Below are positions 1-9,900 of a stretch of DNA of 64,000 nucleotides, in pieces. Position 1 is the stretch's first letter. Every line of letters starts with the position of its first letter. This DNA comes from Paraspadella gotoi (lineage: Eukaryota > Animalia > Chaetognatha), in contig CM119264.1 in NCBI GenBank assembly GCA_051294375.1, positions 23,972,002 to 24,036,001 of the forward strand. The letters are read 5' to 3'. The position numbers and the translations under genes were made by a program. The notes beneath the pieces were generated by a model, which saw only the letters and a program-made list of their open reading frames with translations, had not been told where the DNA came from and did not search any database.

Positions 1-135
1 GTACCGGTTTCAATCCCAACCCGGTACCTACCCTGCGGGAAGTGGTAGGACGGCCGTAAGCCGCCTTGGGGGCGTGGAAAACCCTCAAGCCTGGTTCCAA
101 GCCCAGGACCCGTCTTCATAGCTGCTAGAGGGGTT
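1..135 (+). repeat. GC-rich structured dispersed element, family B copy (truncated by the window start)
   Basis: gtaccgg..tcaatcc..gtac.taccctgcgggaag..acggccgtaa.cc.c..ttgggg..accctcaagcctggt is shared with 50632-50724. Confidence 0.7.
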
Positions 136-257
136 AAAGAAGTTACGGAAATAGTCAAATCCTTCGCCCACTTAGCGCCTTATCCACATACTAATAAATA
201 TTATAAATAACTAACTAAACTTAGGATAACTTGTTCGCCAGTTTCGAAAAATAAGAT

Positions 258-298
258 GTGCTGATGAAGACTTGAATTAAGGTCGAACCACGTTCACT
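258..298 (+). ncRNA. Degenerate minimal hammerhead ribozyme (GAAA>GAAC), Penelope-like remnant
   Basis: gtg-CTGATGA-agacttg(aatt)aaggtc-GAAC-cacgtt-cac, followed by aataaa. Confidence 0.5.
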
Positions 299-426
299 CT
301 CTCAAAATAAATCGTTGAAAAATATTTCAAACTTTTTCTCATTGTTGAAAAATTTATAACTTAACACAAACCTTAACCATTCAACAATTGACAATAACTA
401 TCTCATCAATCGATCGATCAATTCGC

Positions 427-3399
427 CTGTATCTCATGGCGATGGCGACGAAGACTGCGGTGACGACGAAGACGACTCCAGCGAAGAAGAACATCTCGAT
501 CCAGTTGCGTTTGAAGGCGTCGGAGACCAAAATAATCACGTCAACGAGATTCCCGAAAAATATGGTCAACAACCAGGAAGCCTTATAAGGTATTGAACCT
601 CCTATAAACGCCTGCTTAATGCGTTAAATATACCATATATTTTTAGTTAAATAAATATTATTCACTATTATTATTCGATTTTCACTAATATATAATATTA
701 TTAACTAATATAACTGATAATATTCAGTCATACTGGTTGGCATTTTTTTCAACCTGCACGATAGACTTCATCGAGTTTGGCGCCTGGGAATAGGCGAAGG
801 ACAAAGCGGAAATGGCCAATAGGATTTCCCCCATCACGAAAATTACAGTTTGAGGTAACTGAGAAAAAAAAGTTGTATTCATTTACATTTATTTTCAATT
901 GAGATCCATTTGACGACTTAACTAGACAAACACAAATACAACAATGTTATTTTTAAATTAGTAAATTTTTGCGTAATTTCCTGTTATTAAATTTTTAAGG
1001 TGGCGATCATCATCACCATCATCATTTTTTTACTCATCCAGTTCCAGACTCCAGCCACGGTAATCTCACAGACCTGCCAGAAAATGTTGACACGAAAATG
1101 GTCGGTGGTCTCCACCAAACTTGGTGTGGCTCGTCCGCCTTCGCCTTCGACGACCGTCAAGGCGTAGACGCCTCCGTTGACGAGTTCCAACTCGTCGTCG
1201 ACGTCGTCTTCGATCTTCAAAGAATATCGATCTGGATGGGAAGGTTGAAAGTGATGGAGAAACGGACGGACAAACGGGCAATTAGATGGACAGGCGGATA
1301 TTCTGATGGACAAACGCAAACAGATGGACTAACAGACAGAGACTAGCAGAGAAGCCATTTTACATGACAGACAGATGAAGAGAGACCAATATTCTGACAG
1401 GCAGACAGACACAGAAAGATATATTGAAACGGATAAATAAACTGGCAGACAGAAACGCATAAAGACAGACGGTCGGGTCTTTCCAAATAGAAAAAAACTG
1501 TTAGACAGAAAAACAGTAGGCAAGATATGGATCAATATCTAGAGCCTTCGCTCAATACAGAAAGACAGATAGACGGACGAAAGGACAGACCCGGATCGAT
1601 GGTGAAGACGTTTCTCTCTAGACTGGAGTTGATCTTCAAAGGCTCCGCCCCGAGTTTGTCGTCGTCGACGATGAGGATTTTGTGTCGAAGGGATTTCGAG
1701 GGGGAGATCACGCTGAGGTGGAAGGAATGGGAGGAGGGGGGAGGAAGGAAGAATCAATGGGGCAAAAGAAGTAGGCGATGTATTACAGAGGCGGATGTGG
1801 GGAACAATGTCTCGCGGAAAGAAACTCTTGTGTGATTAATTCATTGATTAATCTGTCATTTAAATAAAGGTATATGTATTTTTCATTTATTAGTCATTGA
1901 TAATTATTATAGCTCATTACGCTTTTCGAATATTTTACAACAAAGTTGTTGGGTACTTGGTGTTTAGGTAGTTGTACCGATGTGTTCGCTCAGCTCACAC
2001 AGAAAAAAAAATGATACAAAGGAAGTCAAAGAAAAGTCTTGAAGAAAAAAGAGGAAAGGACGATAGCAGTTTATTAAAATTAATAATAATTAAATTTAAA
2101 AGTATTGTCAAAACCTGATCCTGATCTTGTTTCTCTGCGGCTGCGAAATTTTTTCCTCGTAATGAAAAGGAGTCGTTTTATCGTCGAAGAAGACGACGAC
2201 GAGAATGTCGGCCTCCCAGTCAAAGCCGACGACGGGAATGTCGGTCACGTTGAAGACCGATTCCGGGCACTCCCCGAGATTTTTGGTCGCGCGGAAGGCG
2301 GAGGCGTTGACGGGAGGCAGAGGGTGGAAGCACCACTCTAGGCGAAGGGTGGAGTTGAAGGCGTCGCGATTGATGGAGAGGCGGGATCCGGCGATCAACT
2401 GGAGGAGGAGGAGGAGGAGGAGGAGGAGGAGACAAGAGAAAAAGTCGAAGAGGTTGAATGAACCTCACAGGATAATTCATGTATTAAAGGGACCTCTTAG
2501 CGTGTTTATTCTTGTTTGTTCTCGAGCATGTCTTTGGCGTACTCAGTGACATGTTCGAGATCTCTCCCCAAGTTATTTCATCATTTATGAAATTGGTACA
2601 ACCAATATAAAAATTATCCATTCATTTAATAAATAAGCTATCTTGCCCCTGACTTTGGACAGGCTTTGGTGGTTTAAGGCCTCCATCACTCTTACAAGAT
2701 AATGACATAGCAGGTCCCTGCAAGCTTTCAATCTAGACTCTTTCACAGCCTCGTTTATTCACTCCCAGAGTACCTGGCTTCCCTATCAATGAAGTGGAAA
2801 ATATTTCAAAGAATGTTTCAATTGTATGAAAAGACCACTCCCTTAAGTATTATTATATTTTTATCCGAGCCTTTTGTTATTTTCTATTTTGAGAAATAAC
2901 GATATTTTGAGTTTTAAATTTTCGCAAGTTCCAACGTCGCTTTCGACCGGGACTCGCGAAAAAAAAAGTAAACAAAAGGTACCAGCGGGACTCTTTTTTT
3001 AAATTGTTTCAAATCGTTTTACGTATCTTTTAAAAAACATTTTTTTTTTTTTAATTTTAAAAAGGAAAAAGTATAACAATAAAAATCCTAACTCATATAA
3101 ATTCTTGTAATTTGTTTATATTTTTGAAGACCTTTTTCAGTTAGTATTCCAATCTAAGCATGAACATAATACATAATACATAATATATAAATAATCTCCT
3201 CACCCCGTTCTTTCCAATTTCCACCGATCTGTTCCCGATTTTCACGGAAAGATTTCGATCGTTTTGGTTGGCGATAGAAAGATAACCGGAGTCGAAGGTA
3301 GGCGGACGTAGAAGTTGGTTTTCAAGGTTAAGCTCGAGAATACCTTTGCGAGGGAAAGATAGATTTTTCTCTCGTTGATTTTTTGACAACAATGAATTT

Positions 3400-3435
<36 letters not shown>

Positions 3436-3920
3436 AAAAGATAATAAAAAGAAATAAAAAGAGAAAAGAATACCAGATATAACAAAAGCTACTCCGGCCA
3501 AGAATAGTCCGCAACCGATTCTTCGCAAAGGTAGAGTCCTAATTCCGCATTTCTCCACCAGAGGGTAAATGGCGTAATCGAAAAGGGGGATAAATAGGAG
3601 GATGAGAATCGGGTTGACAACTTGGAACATCTCCGGTTGGAAGAACGTTCTCCCGATTCGGGCGTCCATCTTGTAGGATTGGAGAACCAGTTTAGATCCC
3701 TGTCATCAAAGAAAAACTTGTTTAAAAACGTCAATACCATATACTTATAGTGAGTGTACAAAAATTACTAAATGCTGCTTTGCGGGCAAGATTATAACAG
3801 TCTTAAAATTTAAATGATCTTATTTGGTTTTCAAATTAGTTAACATACTGAAGCATTTACTAATATATAAGAAACGGCTATTTTTTTTTAAACTTTACAA
3901 TTTTCGAGCGGATTTTATAG

Positions 3921-3985
<65 letters not shown>

Positions 3986-6900
3986 AAAAAAATTAAAATA
4001 GTTAAAATCAGCTAGTCGCGTTATCATGACTCAGCATTTTTTTTTGTAATGCTTTAAATTTTCCTGTTTGGAATAAAGAAAAAGAAGAAAATAAAATGTG
4101 TTACACGCAACTGAACTTTCTCTGCAGACTAGATAAGTCGTCTTAATTGGCTGTATAGCACTTCCGTAATTCTGGTCTCAATTTCTTTCTGATTGGTTTT
4201 CTTTGGCTAAATAACTTATATTTTTCCTGTCTCATTTTTTTCACCAGACTTTTTATTACCTCGAATTTTTTTCAAAATGGTAAAGTCGGTGCCCACGCCC
4301 TCCTCAGCACAGTAAGTTTTTTTTAATAAGAAATATTATCATTATTATTAGTTTTTTCAAACGCAATAAAAGTAAACGGATATTTCATACAACAAAACAG
4401 CAGTGTAAAACTAAAATATAAAATTAAATAATATAATTATATTGGTTGTACCAATGTCATAATTTGAATATGAATAAATGTAGATAAATTAATTAATATC
4501 ATTTATTACCCACTCTTCAAACAGAGGCTCTCTACAAACTCTGGACGTGAGGGCAGCGTTGACAAAAAACGTCGTGACTCGTCTGCTCGGCGGTGAACAC
4601 GACGGCTCCCAGTTCACCGTCCTCTTAATCGTCATCGAGACGACAACCGAAGATGGCGCTCGAAGCGACGACATACCCGGTGACTTGACTTTCGCGGACG
4701 ACGAATCCATCGGCCACGCCAACGTCACGGGAGATATCAAAAAAATGCTGAAACCTTTCGGCGGAGACTTGGAGCCTTGGACGGTAATAGACGTGCTCGA
4801 GTATCGCGCCGAGATGTATCCCGGGACCAAACTCTTCAGGGAGAACGAACCCGTGACTTTCACCAAAATCAGAAAGACTTTCATTGATCCGGAATTTAAA
4901 AAAACGATGAAGTTAATCCCGAAGTTCGAATTAATAAAAATGGAGAGAAAATTTTACTTCGACGAAAAGTACATCGAGTCATTTTCAAACTATAAATCAT
5001 GCATTTGCCCGCGAGACGAAACTTGCCTTTTGAAAACCATCTTCGGCCATCTGCGTTTTAATTTTTCGGAAAATATTTCAGTCGAGGACGACGTCCGAAT
5101 ACAGGGTGATTATTAACAAAACGAAATTGAAAATAAAGATTCTAAATTTTTTTTTAAAATGTATTATAATTAAATTAAAATAATTTTTTTTACGATTAAT
5201 ATAATTAAGTACATACTTTTTTCATAAATTATTTTTCATTTCATTAATAACAGTTCAAATATATTATTTAAAAATAAAATAATTTTATCTTTATCATATT
5301 AATAAAACGTGTTAATAATATAGAAAATAGTGAAACAATTAATTTTGCAAATTTTCATATATAAATTAATAAATAAAATAGTAATATAATATTATTATTC
5401 AAAAGAAAAACAATAATTACTAAAAACTTATTGGTTGTATAGTCTAATTCTAAATTTATAATGATAGAATCTTAATCAAATAAAAAATACATACATACAT
5501 ACATACATACATTAAGCCCCAAAAAACATAACGAATCAGTCGCTTGTAAATAATCGTCAAGGCCAGAAAATATCGAAAATCGAAAATATCCCCGTGACGA
5601 ACAAAAGACGAACCAATATCGATTCGGACCAGCCGCTCGTCGTCGAGTGGACGGAGACATTGGCGGCGCTCATTGCCAAACAGCTCGTGGACGCGAGGTT
5701 CAAACACAACTGCAATCCTCTCGAACTGAGGCACGTCTGGGAAATGGGAACGGACAGAGGAGACGCCACCTTTTTGCGGGTGGTCGTTGAAAAGACGAGA
5801 GACGAAAATCTTTTACGACTTCTTCATCCCGTCATTGAGAAGGAAATGAATACCTCTGTGAGAACAAATTTAAGATTTTACGCGCTGGAAAGAATGGGAT
5901 GTCATCGAGACTTGGAGATGGTCAAGTATTTAAAGACGCTAAACGTCCCTCTCATGTCTTCCCCTCAAGACGCCAATGATTTTTTTGGCATCATGCAAGA
6001 AATCGACGATCCTCGATTCATAGAAATATTTGAGGCAGAGGGATTCGACGTCAACCCTAATGACGTTCGATTCGATCTATTGCATTCCATGGCCCTGATG
6101 CATTTTCGAGATTGTGTGGAATATCTTTTGAATCGAGGATTTGACATTGATCTTCGAGATAAAGAAGATTATACCTCTTTTATGAGGATCATTTTGTTCT
6201 CGGATTTTTATAATTGGGACAGAATGGAATTTTTAATGTGGATGATTTCCAAGGGCGCTGATCCCCTCGCCATCACAAGGGACGAACGAACCTGTCTGCA
6301 CCTCGCAATCGCCAAAGGCCAAGAGATTCCATTGCTGTATCTCACGCAATTGGGCTTCGTGGCCGTTCGCCGTGGAAAGGGAAATAAAGACGAGCAGGTG
6401 GACGTTTTTAAGAGAATGAGAGAGAAAAGGCAACGTAATCTTCTGACGGTAGAAAAGGTTTATTTTTGGCCAAATAAATGTGAAAAATGCGAAAATCGTT
6501 GCCCGTCGGACCAGTTACGGTGTCTTTGGTGCGGAGGCAGAAGAGGGAGAAAGAAAGCGAAAGGGCCGATTCAAGAAGTTGAAAAATCACAAGTGTCCAA
6601 AAGCGTTTTGTCCTTGGAGGCAAATGCTGATTTCGAATCGCAAATCTTGACGGAAAATTCCAATAATGCCATCATCGCTACCTGCGTAAACGATTTACTT
6701 AACATGGTGGACGAACTTAACGCTACTCACGACCCTGTTTGTTGCGAATTCGAATCTTGTTCCAAAGATGATCTCACGATATCTACGAATGACGAGCATT
6801 ACTTCGAAGCCATCTGTCTAGAAAATTGCAGGGTCAGCTTTCATCGAAGTTGCTGGAGCGAATTCAAGGGGGACGAGTCGACGAAAAACTTTGTGGGCGC

Positions 6901-9900
6901 CGACTGCATGACATCAAAATGTCCCTCGAAAATTGAAAGCGTCAAAAAGATAAGCGTTGAGGGCAACTTGATATGCCAATACACCCGAGAAGAGCGGGAG
7001 AAAAAGGCCAAGCAACGTCGATGTCACGAAACAGACAATTTGATATCTCACTCGAAGGAAAAAGACACCACGGAAGACAGGGACGATCATGAAGGAGATC
7101 TGGAGACGGCGTCCATCCAACTTTCGGCTAATGAGAAACCAAATGAGACAATTACCACTGTGCCCAACCAGAGCCCCGATCTTATTCACGTCGATGAAAA
7201 ATTTCTGAAAAAGCTGGAAAAGTCAGTCGAAGAAGAAATCGTCAAGACAAAATCATCGAAGAAAAAGAAGAAAAAGAAAAACAAGAGAGTCCCTTTGTTT
7301 GAGTTTAACACTAACGATGACAACGCTACGGACACTGCGGTCAACGTAAACCAATCTGATTCCATAATGCAAAGCTCGTCGCTAAACGTTGAGGGAGAAT
7401 CAGAGGAATTAATGAAAGAGCAAAGCCAAGAGATCGCCTACCGTTCCTTGGTCGAACACTTGACAAAAACCGACTATAGTTGCTCATTGGCCAACTTGAG
7501 AGAGACGATCGACCAATGGGATACCACGCTTCGCCAATCTTTGTTGACGCCGGACTTCAGGGCTAATTTGATCTTGGACCCTGATCAACGATTCGCGATC
7601 CGACACGAGGGCGTTGAGGAAATGGTCATTCTGAAGGCGAATGATACAGCAGTCAAGGTCAAGGCCGTCGACTTTCCTCGCGAGCCAATCTTAGAGAGGA
7701 TTCAAAGCCAAGTCAATTGGTCGATAGAGTTGACAAAAGTCAAAGAGGAAGTCTTTCGTTCCATGCAGGAATCTAAGGATGAATCCTGCGGACGCTGCGC
7801 TACGCTGGAAACTCGTTGCGCCACGCTGGAAAGTCGCTGCGCTACGCTCGAAAATCGCTGCGCCACAATGGAGGAACGATTCAACGATCTGTCGAAACGT
7901 TTGAGGACTTCGAGAGAAGTGGACGAAAGGAGCGAAGCTCCTTTAGCATGAAAACTTTGCTGAGGAAGAGCGTTAACTCGCTTCAGCACTAAAGTCATCA
8001 ATTTGTTTCCAGTTGTATAAAAAAACTCTATGGTGGCCAAGACTGCCTGAAATATAATTATATGTAAAATTGTTTTTTGTTTAAAATATTTTTTAAAATA
8101 TTTTTTTTATTTCGTAAGATAGAAGGAGTAGTGAGAAATTGCCTTATTAGAATTTAGGTTACCCAATACCCACCGGTATAGTTATTAGGTAACACAATAG
8201 TTATTTTGGTTTCAAACTGATGATATTTATTGACCCACAATTTAAATGAATAAAAAAAAAAAAAAAAAAATTTAACCGTTCGTTAATGGATCAAGAGGGC
8301 ACCTGTTGATCGTAGAGCGCCCAAAAGAAGGGCAGCGGGGAAAAGATGGCGACGACACCGACGACGGCTTTGACGTTGGAGATGGTCTCCTCGGGGAATT
8401 GGGGCGACGCCCAGTCGAGCCAATGATCTTGTTGAATGATCCACGACCGTCGACGCCACCTTTCGCGCAGCGCGGTGAAGATACACTTGACGGTGTCTGA
8501 GAGAAAAAGGAAGAGGGCGATACTTGATCTGTGATTTGAATGATAGTTCATGTTAATGGGAAGAAGAGGAAATGGGAAACCAATTCAATCAACTAAACCA
8601 CCGAGAGTGGGTCAGATTGTGAAAAGGTAGGAAGATGAGTAACTTGCGTAACTTAGGTTCTCCAAGAGGAAAAAAAGGTGATTATAGTAAAAGAGCATTA
8701 TGGGACAGATGCACGTTCGATTTTCACTGGACGGTAATATACAAATCAAGAGATAAAGGGAGGGAGGAATCTTGTGCCTGTAGTGATGTAATATCACTAC
8801 CCGTTGGATCGGCATTCCATCAGCGCCGTATTAGGCTAACGCTTCATCTCCGAACCCAATGGTCCGGGGTTCTAGACCTGGTCCGAACAGTCCTTGCAAA
8901 AAGAGTGACGGGCCGGTTAAACCACAGGTAGCAAGACTACCGCCGGATCCGTAGTTCCAGTAAGCCTGGCATCTGTCGGAAAAAATCTCCTCGACCCACT
9001 GGGCACACTAAGTGTGGCGGCTATCCACCTTCACTCCTCTCGGTCACTTCTTGCCCCGACTTCTGTTTTGGCAGCAACTCTTGTGAAAAGGGGAGATGAG
9101 GGGGAGACGAAAGCCTGATTAAAATCACGGAGAGAGGGAAGAGGAGAAGCGTTAGACACAAAATTTGATTAAAAACATCAGAAGGGATGGTGCGCCTCTA
9201 TCTTTTGAAGAAAAGTACAACAGTTCATAACTCTTTCCGATGGTTTTTTTTTCTTCTGATAATCCATAAAACCTTTGAAGACGTTTCCTTCCGGCGGATT
9301 CTTGACGTAACCGAAACCGACGCCGCCGACGACGAAGAAGACGACGGACGCCGTCATCAAAACCGCGGGAACGCCGAACGCGAGGGGATAGCAGGTGTCT
9401 TGATCGAAGCAGTCCACGTTGCCTGAAAGGGATTGGCGAAGTAATTGGTGAGATTATAAATTAAGCAATGGCAATATCATTTCGTTCCTTTTTAAAGATT
9501 GTGAATTTAAGAAGTTTTCAAGTTTTGAGGCTCATGAGGTTGCCGGTTGTAAGTGAAATTTGTAATACTCCAACTCGTGAATCTTTACGAAATTAGTACT
9601 ACCAATATAAAAATTATCCATTCATTTAATAAATAAGCTATCTTGTCCCTGACTTTGGACAGGCTTTGGTGGTTTAAGGCCTCCATCACTCTTACGAGAT
9701 AATGACATAGCAGGTCCCTGCAAGCTTTCAATCAAGACTCTCTCACAGTCTCGTTTATTCACTCCCAGACCAATGAAGTGGTATAATATTTCAAAGAATA
9801 TTTCAATTGTATGTTCGTGACGATGTGAATCGAAGAGGTGGTGACTTTGTAAGCTCGTGAATTTATGATAATTCCTCATCTCTAACCTTTGAGGATCGGT

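Noticed and set aside
1260-1590. ORFs across gaca/ggac-rich sequence
   Set aside because: Degenerate tetranucleotide microsatellite within an SLC15 intron.
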